Shown one piece after another: positions 19,825-29,212 of a stretch of 64,000 nt of DNA. Within the stretch, counting starts at the first letter, position 1. Each line of letters opens with the position of its first letter. This DNA comes from Cellvibrionaceae bacterium (GTDB taxonomy: Bacteria; Pseudomonadota; Gammaproteobacteria; Pseudomonadales; Cellvibrionaceae): assembly GCA_024707385.1 (NCBI GenBank), contig JANPZW010000013.1, forward strand, positions 379,465-443,464, read 5' to 3'. A model generated the notes under the pieces. It had not been told where the DNA came from. It did no database searches and worked only from the letters and a program-made list of their open reading frames with translations. Position numbers and translations under genes: made by a program.

Positions 19825-21074
19825 TCACCCTTGCAGTAGTCAGCTGCGGCGGCAAAAACGGTTTTCAGCCGGTAGTTGTCGGCGGCGAACTGCTGCGTCA
19901 TATCCGCCACCGCAGCGCGATCGAGCGCGTCTTCCGGCTGGCGCAGACACACGGCGCGGAAGACCTTGTCCACCTGACATTCGGCAAACGCCCGGCTGTA
20001 GGCCAGCTCCTGCCCCATGCTTTTGGCGCCGTTGCCACTGCCGGGCAGGCTCGCACTCCAGCCCAACTGGGCGTTGATGCCGGCGCGCCAATAGTTGTCC
20101 CAGCGGTCATCCGGGGTGACGTAGCCATAGGGAAAGGTGGTGCTGTTGATGTGGTATTTCTTTTTCACCCGCGTGCCGGTATCGGGGTCAATGTCGCCGG
20201 CGCGGTTGTAGACGATGCGACCGGCCTCGCCGGTCAGATCGGCCTCGGGGTTGTATTCAAAGTCGTAATAGGCGAAAGCCTGGGCCAGCGGATCCATGCC
20301 GTTGTGGCAGCCGATGCAGCCGTTGAGAAAGGCGCGGGCGTCGCCGCCGGGTGAGCGCGACACATCCTGGCGGATGCGGTCGGGAATACGGGTCACGTCG
20401 TGCACCTGCTCCAAGTCGCGACACATGTGGTTCATCAGGGTAAAACGCAGTTGCGCGCGGTTGGTGCCGGCGATAAAGAAGGCCTTGGCCGCCGCGCGGG
20501 TGGTGATCACCCCGGCGGTGGCCTCCGCTGGCAATCCGGTGACGCTGGACTGCAACTGCCGCTGCAGACGGTCTTTATAGATGTAGGGCACACCGCCGGC
20601 GCTGCCAATTTCCAGCGCTTCATAATGCGCATTGCTGGAGGTGCTGTAGGCCGGTGATACGCCGCTGGCGGTGTAGATCACATCGTCGAACAGCACTTCG
20701 CGGAAATCCCGTTCATCCCGCACCAGTCCCATGACCGTCGCTATGTAGTCGTTGAGCGGTACAAACTGGGTCTGGTCGCGATTGGTCCAGGGCGCGATCC
20801 AGTTTTTCAGGGTCACGCGGTAGAAGGCATCGTCGTCCATCGCCATCTCCGCCGCCGCTACGCCGTTGCCGCTTGAATCGATACTGGCCTGCATCGCCAA
20901 GAGGGTCGCCTCCGAAGGCGGTATGCCGGCGATGCGATCGTGAATGCGTTTGGCTTGTTCGAGCGAGCCGGCCAGGGTGCTGTGGGTCAGCAGCGCCAGC
21001 CAGCCGGCAAAAGCCAGGCGCAAGGCGGGGGCTGCACCGGCAAATAACGGGCGCAAAACAGGTTTGAGCTTCAT
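19821..21074 (-). CDS. Exported mono-haem c protein of unknown function
   Basis: Sec-type signal ending TLA; CIGCH at 20304-20318; ATGA overlap with the downstream LamG gene. Confidence 0.75.
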   Translation of the reverse strand: MKLKPVLRPLFAGAAPALRLAFAGWLALLTHSTLAGSLEQAKRIHDRIAGIPPSEATLLAMQASIDSSGNGVAAAEMAMDDDAFYRVTLKNWIAPWTNRDQTQFVPLNDYIATVMGLVRDERDFREVLFDDVIYTASGVSPAYSTSSNAHYEALEIGSAGGVPYIYKDRLQRQLQSSVTGLPAEATAGVITTRAAAKAFFIAGTNRAQLRFTLMNHMCRDLEQVHDVTRIPDRIRQDVSRSPGGDARAFLNGCIGCHNGMDPLAQAFAYYDFEYNPEADLTGEAGRIVYNRAGDIDPDTGTRVKKKYHINSTTFPYGYVTPDDRWDNYWRAGINAQLGWSASLPGSGNGAKSMGQELAYSRAFAECQVDKVFRAVCLRQPEDALDRAAVADMTQQFAADNYRLKTVFAAAADYCKGE

Positions 21075-21744
21075 GTTGCGGATCTCATCCTCGACTAAAA
21101 AGGAGCAACAGTCCCGCGCGGTGCGCGAAGGAGGGTTGCTGATACAGCATCAGTCCAGGCTGCACTCGACGCTGTGAGTGCGCACTGCTGGACGCGACTG
21201 CGTAATGCCTCGCTTGAGCAGTTTTTGTTCCAGCTTCAGTCTAGTGCAAAGTTGCCGGGTGGTTTTCACCAGAAGATTTGCGGCAGTGCAAATTACGGAA
21301 ACGGAAGGCCGGGTAAAGATGTGGGCTGGTGCGCTTTCTGCACGGGGCGGGCACCGCCTTTGGCAGATGAGTTTTGCCAGCTTCAAGGAAAGATTAGCTG
21401 CCAGGGTCTATTTTTGATGGGGGTGAATTTGTGTTTTGTGTGACCGCTATCGCAAAAAATCACTTGCTGATTCCCGCGTCGCCATGCGGCAACCTCTATA
21501 ACTATTCACAGCGGCTCCATCGCTAACTTAACCCGTGATCTAATGCCCAAACGATATAAACGTTCGCTGTTCAGCTCATCGGACGCGCGTCCAGAACGGC
21601 CGGAAACCAGTGCCGGAAGGCGTGTGACCGGATCGTAAAATGGCCGCTTAGGGTCACTATTCAGCGCAATTGGTCATAGCGTCCGCGCAACCGGTTATAG
21701 CGAGATGCGCTCAGACAACACCAATCGTGCAGCGAGGCATTTTT

Positions 21745-24536
21745 GTGGCTAGCAAATATTCCCGGCTTTTCTTCAGCCTTACCGCCCGGCCGGTCCTGGC
21801 GGCTGCGGTCGCACTCGCCATCAATGCCTGTGACATGACCGATAACAACGGGGGTGGCGGCTTCCAGGCCGGCGACCCCGTGGCGGTGGACTACCCGGTC
21901 GCCTATGTCGAGCGCACCATCCCTCTGGATGACGAAGGCGAGTTGGCCGAGCAGGATATACTCGATCCGGCGGCCTTCCATCCCGGCGCCCGCTTGGTCA
22001 TCAAGGCGCGCGCCTCGGCCTCGGCAATCGAAAGAGTCATCACCGACGACGTGTTTCCCCGCAACACCGACGGCTCACCGGCGCTCTATGACGTCAAAGA
22101 TCTGGCGGCCTCGCCGGATGGTCTCAAGCTCGTATTCGCCATGCGCGCGCCGGAAATTCCCAACGCGGACGACGAGGATCAACCCAAGTGGAACATCTGG
22201 GAATACGATCTGGAGAACGACAGCCTGCGCCAGGTGATCGGCAACAAAATCTACGGCAACGGCACACCCTACCAGCCCGACCTCTTTGCCGAGGAGGGTC
22301 ACGATGTAGCACCGCAGTACCTGCCGGATGGCCGCATCATCTTCTCCTCCAACCGCCAGGAGCGCGGCCGCGCTATTCTGCTGGACGAGAACAAGCCGCA
22401 ATACCACGGCCTGGATGACCAGCGCGAAGAGGAATCCTACTCACTGCATGTGATGGATGCGGATGGCGAAAACCGCCTGCAGATCACCTTCAACGCCAGC
22501 CAGGATCTGCAACCCACGGTGCTGGATAGCGGCGACATAGTGTTTTTGCGCCGCGACGGCATAGGCAATCACGACCGTCTCAGCCTCTACCGCGCCAAGC
22601 CGGACGGCAGCAACCTGGAGCTCTACTACGGCTACCACACCCAAAACACGGGCACCAACGAAAGCGAAGGCGTCCTCACCCGCCCTATTGAATTGGAAGA
22701 CGGCCGTCTGCTGGTCAACCTGGTGCCCCGCGAAACACTGCGCTGGGGCGGCGATGTGGTCGCCGTCGATGCAGTCAACTATATCGCCGCGAACCAACCC
22801 ACAAACGACAGCCTGCGGGATCCGGGTCAAACCAGTCTGGTGAATGTCCCTGTGGACACGGCGGGCGAACTGCCCTCCCTCGGTGGTTATTTCCACTCCG
22901 CCTACCCCCTCTACGATGGCACCGAGCGCCTGCTGGTCAGCTGGAGCCAGTGCCGCCTGATCGATCCGGCAACCGCTTTGCTCGCCCCTTGTACGGAAGC
23001 CCTGATCAGCGCTGGCGCCGAACAGGCGCCGCCGGCCTACGGCCTGTGGATTTACGACACCCGCTCCGGCACCCAACTGCCGGTCAAGCTGCCTCAGGAT
23101 GGCTTGATGTACACCGACGCGGTGGTACTGGCGCCACGCCCTGTGCCCACCGCCTGGCGACCGCAGGAAATAGATTCACAATTGGTGGATGAAGAAGTTG
23201 GCGTGGTGCATATCCGCAGTATTTATGATCGGGACGGTGAAGACATCGCCCCCGGTGGGATAACCGCCATTGCCAGCAGCTCGCCTGATACTCGCGAGGC
23301 GAGATTCCTGCGCATCGTAAAAAACGTCCCCATACCCGACGAGGATGTGCTCGATTTCGACCAAAGTGCCTTTTGGCGTCAGCCGCGGCGCCCAAGGCAT
23401 GCGCGATATTCTCGGTTATGTGCCCATCGAACCGGATGGCTCGGCGAAATTCAAAGTGCCGGCGGATATGCCGTTTATGCTGGATATCGTAGACGCCCGC
23501 GGCAAACGCGTCGGCGGACGCCATCAGAACTGGCTGCACCTGCGGCCGGGCGAAGTGCGCGAGTGCACCGGCTGCCACACCTCCGACAGTCAACGGCCAC
23601 ACGGCAGGCGCGACGCCGAGGCCGGAAGCGTCAACTCTGGCGCGGAGGGCGGCATCCCCCTTTCCCAATACACAACTGCGCGATGAAAACGGCATTCCAC
23701 AGCCCTATCCCATGTTCGGCGAATCCATGGCGGAATATCACGCGCGCATCTACGACAGCGCGCGCGTGCCATCGATGGATATCGTCGTCCGGGACGAATG
23801 GACCAATGCCGCGAATGCCACGCCAGGCTCGGATATCAATCTGCGCTATGTGGATATAGAAACTGCGCTCAATACCACGCCGAGCAACTGCGCCCCGCTC
23901 GAAACGGCACCGCCGCGCTGGACGCCGCCCACCGGTTGCACCACACCAGGCAGTTGGGAGAGTCGCTGCCGCATCACCATTCACTACATCGATCACATCC
24001 ATCCCTTGTGGGAGGCGGACCGGCGCAACTGCGACGCGCTGGGCAATGTCGTCGAGGACCGCACCTGCACCGCCTGCCACACCCAACGTGATCAGGATGG
24101 ATTGGCCGTGGTGCCCGCCGGACAACTGGAGCTGACCGGTGAAACATCCGCAGACCGCCCCGATTACATCACCTCCTACGCCGAATTGATGTTTGGCGAC
24201 AACGCCCAGGAAGTGGTGGAAAACTCGCTGACGGATATTCTGGTGGAACGCCCCACCGGCCTTTACGAATTAGATGCAGAAGGCAATCTGGTGCTGGACG
24301 AAAATGGTGAACCCATTCCGATTATTCGATTTGATCCAATCCCGGTGCAGGCCTCCATGTCCACAGCAGGCGCGCGCAACAGCAACAGGTTTTTCCAGCG
24401 TTTTGAACAAAACAATCCCAATTACACAGTTCAACACGTCGGCTTTCTTTCGCCGGCGGAATTAAAACTGATCGCAGAGTGGCTGGATATTGGCGGCCAG
24501 TATTACAATGACCCATTTGTGGCGCCGGCGGATTAA
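21745..24536 (+). CDS. TolB/PD40 beta-propeller lipoprotein with hydrazine-synthase-alpha-like middle domain and two haem c motifs (about 929 aa); frame breaks at T4 23371-23374 and C5 23656-23660
   Basis: Lipobox INAC; PD40-like repeats (ASPDGLKLVFAM, PQYLPDGRIIFSSNR, PTVLDSGDIVF); LGYVPIEPDGSAKFKVPAD..NWLHLRPGEVRECTGCH; CTACH 24066-24080; three ORF segments join by removing one base at each run. Confidence 0.8.
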
Positions 24537-24548
24537 TTTTTGACCTGC

Positions 24549-25356
24549 ATGATTCCTCTCAAAGAGTTTTTTCGGCACCTCGCGTGCCACGCCAAAGCGC
24601 CCGCCCGATTGCTCGGAGTGGTGCTTCTGCTGAGCGCGTGGCAGCCGCTGCACGCGCAGCAAACCAAATCCGATTGGCGCGAGAGCGACGGCATAGTCGT
24701 TGTCGTGGGCGCTCCCTATATCGAACTCTATGTGGAACCGGGACGAGGCTACGCACGTTTTCACGCGGTGGAAAAAAATGAGCGTCTGCGTCTGTTCAAA
24801 AGCCGCACCGACTGGTTCAAGGTGGAAACCGAGGACGGCAAAACCGGCTGGGTGCCGCGCCGCGCGCTGACCAATCTATACGATACCGAAGGCTATCCTA
24901 TGGAACTGCGCACACCCACCTGGAGCGAAAAATAAATATCCGTGGCAACTCGGTTTGCTGGCCGGTGAGATGGACGGCGCCACCATGTATTCGGTGTACG
25001 GCGGCTATCGTTTCACCGCCAATATTTCCGCTGAAATTCGCTACACCCAGGCGTTTGGCGACACCTATAACACCAAGTTGGGCAGCGCGATGCTGCTGCA
25101 TCAGCCCTTTCCCCACTGGCGCGCCTCGCCGTTTTTCACCCTGGGCGCAGGTAATATGAAAATTTTTCGCGACGGCGTCCTGGTTAAGCCAGAAGACGAA
25201 AACGATAACGTGGTCACCGTTGGCGGCGGTTTGCTGTTTTACGTCACCCACAAAGTCATCGCCCGCCTGGAATACAACCAACACACGCTGCTGACCACGC
25301 GCGACAACAATGAAGAGGTTGAGGAATGGAAAGCTGGATTCAGCGTGCTGTTTTAA
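24549..25356 (+). CDS. SH3-domain plus outer-membrane beta-barrel protein; frame break at A5 24928-24932
   Basis: Signal peptide; SH3-like DWFKVETEDGKTGWV; barrel-like C-half ending AGFSVLF; removing one A gives WSENKYPWQLG. Confidence 0.75.
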
Positions 25357-25967
25357 TCCTGTCCCTGGCGCTTTACTCCGCCAGCGGCTTGGCACAGCAA
25401 GACCGCACCGTGCTGGATGACGTGATCAGCCCGGATCTGGAGCGCCGCCAAATCGACGAGGACAAACTGGACTCGGAAAATATCGAAATCGGCTTTTACG
25501 CCGGCGTGCTCAGCGTCGAGGATTTCGGCTCCAACGATGTTTATGGCGTGCGCCTGGGGCTGGCGGTGACGGAGGATTTTTTTCTCGAAGCCAATCTGGG
25601 CAGCGCAACTCTGGGCAGAACGTCATTTGAAGACCTGAGCGGCGGTATTCTTCTGCTCAGCGACGACGATCGCGAATTGATTTACTACAACCTCGGCCTG
25701 GGCATCAATTTATTTCCGGGCGAGATTTATCTCGGGCGCTGGTCATTCAACAACAATTTGTATTTGATCGGCGGCGCGGGCAATACCGAATTCGCCGACA
25801 CGGAATATTTCACCTATTACTTCGGCGCGGGTTGGCGGCTGTTTCTCACCGACTGGCTCGCGTTGCGCATGGATTTCCGCAATCACGTCATGGAGCATGA
25901 ATTGTTTGGGGAACCCAAAAAAATACAAAACCTTGAAGGCCATATGGGAATGACCTTGTTTTTCTGA
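25326..25967 (+). CDS. Outer-membrane beta-barrel protein
   Basis: Signal peptide, alternating aromatic/hydrophobic strands, C-terminal GMTLFF. Confidence 0.8.
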   Translation: MESWIQRAVLILSLALYSASGLAQQDRTVLDDVISPDLERRQIDEDKLDSENIEIGFYAGVLSVEDFGSNDVYGVRLGLAVTEDFFLEANLGSATLGRTSFEDLSGGILLLSDDDRELIYYNLGLGINLFPGEIYLGRWSFNNNLYLIGGAGNTEFADTEYFTYYFGAGWRLFLTDWLALRMDFRNHVMEHELFGEPKKIQNLEGHMGMTLFF

Positions 25968-25989
25968 CCGTCATAGCAAAAGGTGTTTT

Positions 25990-26475
25990 ATGAAACGAAT
26001 TACCACTTTAATTTTTGCCTGCCTTTTCAGCCTATCCATGCAGGCGAAAGAATTATCCGGTCCGGCTCCCGATTTTACGCTCACCTCCATCGACGGCGAA
26101 AAAGTGAAGCTGTCCGATTTAAAAGGCCAGGTGGTGATGATTAATTTCTGGGCGTCCTGGTGCGGCCCCTGCCGCCAGGAAATGCCGCTGCTCAACGACA
26201 TCTACGCCGGCTACAAAAAAGCGGGTTTTGTTTTGCTGAGCATCAATCTGGATGAATCCACCGACGACGCCAAAGCCTTCCTGAAAAAAACGCCGGTTAA
26301 TTTCCCCGTCTTGCTGGATTCGAAGGGCAAGGTCGCTGACCTCTACAAAAATCAGGCGATGCCATCGAGCTATTTCGTCGACCGCAAAGGCAATCTGGTC
26401 CATTTGCACCAGGGCTATAAACCCGGCGAAGAAGCCGAATACAAACGAGTCATCAAAAAATTACTGGCGCAATAA
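25990..26475 (+). CDS. TlpA family thiol-disulfide oxidoreductase
   Basis: Signal peptide; INFWASWCGPCRQEMP; cis-Pro motif AMPSSYFVD. Confidence 0.92.
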   Translation: MKRITTLIFACLFSLSMQAKELSGPAPDFTLTSIDGEKVKLSDLKGQVVMINFWASWCGPCRQEMPLLNDIYAGYKKAGFVLLSINLDESTDDAKAFLKKTPVNFPVLLDSKGKVADLYKNQAMPSSYFVDRKGNLVHLHQGYKPGEEAEYKRVIKKLLAQ

Positions 26476-26493
26476 ACCCGCCGGAGTTCGCCT

Positions 26494-26715
26494 ATGCTGC
26501 GCCCAATCTGCGTTTTTCTCGCGCTGCTTGCCGGCAGCGGTTGTAGCTCGCTGCAACCCTGGGTCAAGCCCTATGAGCGGGGTCAATTGGCCGATCCGAT
26601 CATGGCGTTTGACCGCGATCCGATCGCCACTAAATATCTGATGCACGTTTACGAAGCCAGGGAGGCGGCACGCGGTGCCGAAGGCGGTGCGGGAGGCGGC
26701 TGTGGCTGCGGGTGA
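26494..26715 (+). CDS. DUF4266 family small lipoprotein
   Basis: Lipobox GSGC; VKPYERGQLADPIM; C-terminal GGGCGCG. Confidence 0.85.
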   Translation: MLRPICVFLALLAGSGCSSLQPWVKPYERGQLADPIMAFDRDPIATKYLMHVYEAREAARGAEGGAGGGCGCG

Positions 26716-26719
26716 TCTG

Positions 26720-27883
26720 ATGAAAAAATTGTCGGTTCTGGTAGCGCTCCTGGCATTTTTTAGCGCCGCCAATACCTTCGCCCTGGTGGTGCCGGAAGAC
26801 CGCGCCGATATTCTCTACCACGCCTATGACGGCGGCGGCGTGACCGTGGATGGCCCATCCGTTCTGGTACGCAAAGGCTACAAGGAAAAAGTCTCCGCCT
26901 ACGCCAATTATTATCAGGACATGGTGTCCAGCGCCTCCATCGACGTGCTCACCTCCGGCAGTAAATACAGCGAAGAGCGCACCGAATACAGTGTCGGCAT
27001 GGACTACCTCGCCGACCGCGCGCTGATTTCCCTCGGCTACACCAATTCCAGCGAAAGTGATTACGACGCGAAAACTGTCAGCTTCGGCATCAGCCAGGAC
27101 TTTTTCGGTGATATGACAACCCTCGCGCTCGGGTATAGCCGCGGCGATGATGAAGTGCGCAAAAATGAGGGGGACATATCGACTTATCAGGGCGACGCTC
27201 AAAGACAACGCTACAGTCTCGGCCTGAGCCAGATATTGACGCGCAGCTGGATCATTTCGTTGAGCGCCGAAACAGTGGTCGACGATGGCTTTCTGCGCAA
27301 CCCTTATCGGCAGATTCGTTACCTCCCGGCAGAGGGCGCCGGTGACGTTGCCTTCGCTGCCGAAGCCTATCCGGAAACCCGGAACAGCGATGCATTTGCT
27401 TTGCGCACAATTTATTACCTGCCTTATCGCGCCTCCATTCGACTGGAAGGCAGAGCCTTCAATGACAGCTGGGGAATAAAAGCGGAAAATTACGAAATCC
27501 GTTACGTGCACAGCATACGTTCGCGCATGATCCTGGAACTCAAGGCCAGAACCTATTCGCAGACGCAGGCGGATTTTTACAGTGACCTTTTTCTCTATGA
27601 AAACGCCTTCGAATTTATGGCTCGCGATAAAGAACTCAGCACCTACAGCGCCAACAGTTTCGGTCTTGGCGTCACCTATGAATTTGGCTTCAAAATACCA
27701 CTCATCAAAAAACACAGCGCCAGTTTGTATTGGGATTTTATCCAGTTCGATTATGACAATTTTCGTAACGCCCTGCTGAGCCGCTCCGAAGATGGCCAAC
27801 CGCCGGAATACCGCATTGGCGAGGAGCCCACCTACAGTTTCGATGCCAATGTGATCCGCTTGTTTTACACTGTGAATTACTGA
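26720..27883 (+). CDS. DUF3570 family predicted outer-membrane beta-barrel
   Basis: Signal peptide; HAYDGGGV, DMVSSASIDV, FLRNPYR, DSWGI, RDKELS; follows the DUF4266 gene as is usual for the family. Confidence 0.85.
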   Translation: MKKLSVLVALLAFFSAANTFALVVPEDRADILYHAYDGGGVTVDGPSVLVRKGYKEKVSAYANYYQDMVSSASIDVLTSGSKYSEERTEYSVGMDYLADRALISLGYTNSSESDYDAKTVSFGISQDFFGDMTTLALGYSRGDDEVRKNEGDISTYQGDAQRQRYSLGLSQILTRSWIISLSAETVVDDGFLRNPYRQIRYLPAEGAGDVAFAAEAYPETRNSDAFALRTIYYLPYRASIRLEGRAFNDSWGIKAENYEIRYVHSIRSRMILELKARTYSQTQADFYSDLFLYENAFEFMARDKELSTYSANSFGLGVTYEFGFKIPLIKKHSASLYWDFIQFDYDNFRNALLSRSEDGQPPEYRIGEEPTYSFDANVIRLFYTVNY

Positions 27884-28303
27884 TGCCGCCGCGGAATATT
27901 TTCACTTACGGCTCGCTCATGTTTGCCGATGTCTGGCAAAACATTGTCAAACAACCCTACGAAAGCTGCACCGCCCTGCTCGACGGATTTCGCCGCACCT
28001 GTATACACGACGATAACTATCCCGTGTTACTGCCGCGGGCGGGACAGAAAAAATCTTGCGGGAGTTGTGTATTTTTCGGTAACCAGCCAGGACATCACCA
28101 GACTCGACAAATTCGAAGGTGAGTATTACTTCCGCCGCCGGGTTTATCCGACGCTTCAGCTGGACGGACAAACCAAAGCCATCGAAGCCGACCTCTACCT
28201 ACTCAAACCCAAATACGCCCACCTCGCTTCTACGCGGCCGTGGGACCCGGAAATATTTGAAGCACGTGAACTCAGGCACTTCCTCCGGACTTGCCTGCAG
28301 TAA
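27883..28303 (+). CDS. Gamma-glutamylcyclotransferase (AIG2-like); frame break at A6 28048-28053
   Basis: IFTYGSLM and RLDKFEGEYY motifs in two frames; TGATG overlap with the DUF3570 gene. Confidence 0.8.
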
Positions 28304-28406
28304 GAAAATCTCATCCGCGTCTATTCGCTCGACAATTTTCTACCCGGCCCATTGAACCGCTTCCGTCGACACAACATCCTGACACGATTTACAGAAGATA
28401 CAGATT

Positions 28407-29201
28407 ATGACAATGACAACCAACGAGTTGCCCGTTATACATGCCTTGTGGGTGGGCAATAAATTAGGCGACATCTCCCGATGCTGCCTGAAATCTTTTT
28501 TGCTGCGCGGACACAGAGTGCATCTGCATGCCTATGAAGAAATCCAAGATGTACCGGAAGGTGTCACCCTTGTGGAGGGCAGCAAAATTATTTCTCGTGA
28601 CGAAATTGTCAAACATAGAAAGACGGCGAGTTATGCATTATTTTCCGACTTGTTCCGCTACCGATTGCTGGAGAAGGAGGAAGGCATCTATGTCGACTGT
28701 GATGTGTACTGCCTGAGCCCTCTGCAGCTGCCTGAATCCGGGTATTTATTGGGTTTGGAGGAGGATGGCAGGGTTAATGGCGCAGTTTTGGCCATGCCTA
28801 GAGAATCCGCGCTATTAGAGCGCTTGCTGGTTGCTGCGCGCGATCCATTTTTTATTCCACCTTGGTACAAGGCATCCCGGCGGAAGCGGTTGAGCCTCAA
28901 AAAATCACTGGGTTTTGGGACCAGAATCGAAAATATGCCCTGGGGAGCGCTCGGCCCCGACGCGATCACTCACTACATCAAAGAGCTGCAACTTTTCCCG
29001 GTAGTGCAGCCAATAGATGTCTTTTATCCCATCCACCACAAATGTGTTGGTCACCTGTTGGACGGCGACTTGGATATAAAAGATGTGACCACCCACAGAA
29101 CGACCGCTGTGCATTTATATAATGAAAGATTGAGAGGCTTAGACTTAAAATCTCTGAACGCTAATTGCGTACTGCAAAAATTTCTGAGAAATGAAGCCTG
29201 A
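28407..29201 (+). CDS. DXD-motif glycosyltransferase (GT32/Gb3-synthase-like)
   Basis: IHALWVG, FSDLFRYRLL, GIYVDCDV, WGALGP. Confidence 0.8.
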   Translation: MTMTTNELPVIHALWVGNKLGDISRCCLKSFLLRGHRVHLHAYEEIQDVPEGVTLVEGSKIISRDEIVKHRKTASYALFSDLFRYRLLEKEEGIYVDCDVYCLSPLQLPESGYLLGLEEDGRVNGAVLAMPRESALLERLLVAARDPFFIPPWYKASRRKRLSLKKSLGFGTRIENMPWGALGPDAITHYIKELQLFPVVQPIDVFYPIHHKCVGHLLDGDLDIKDVTTHRTTAVHLYNERLRGLDLKSLNANCVLQKFLRNEA

Positions 29202-29212
29202 AGAAACCGACA

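Noticed and set aside
21286-21320. c-di-GMP-I riboswitch-like GCAAA..GAAA hairpin
   Set aside because: Stem is weak and the downstream GACGCAAA/P3 elements are missing
21150-21443. Short ORFs in the divergent gap of the envelope cluster
   Set aside because: Overlapping on both strands, no family motifs or clear RBS; more likely promoter DNA
21745-24536. Anammox hydrazine synthesis
   Set aside because: No HZS beta/gamma or hydrazine dehydrogenase genes; host context is a heterotrophic Gammaproteobacterium
26713-26715. TGA after CGCG as selenocysteine
   Set aside because: The family ends at this position, the next gene starts 4 nt later, and I see no SECIS-like hairpin
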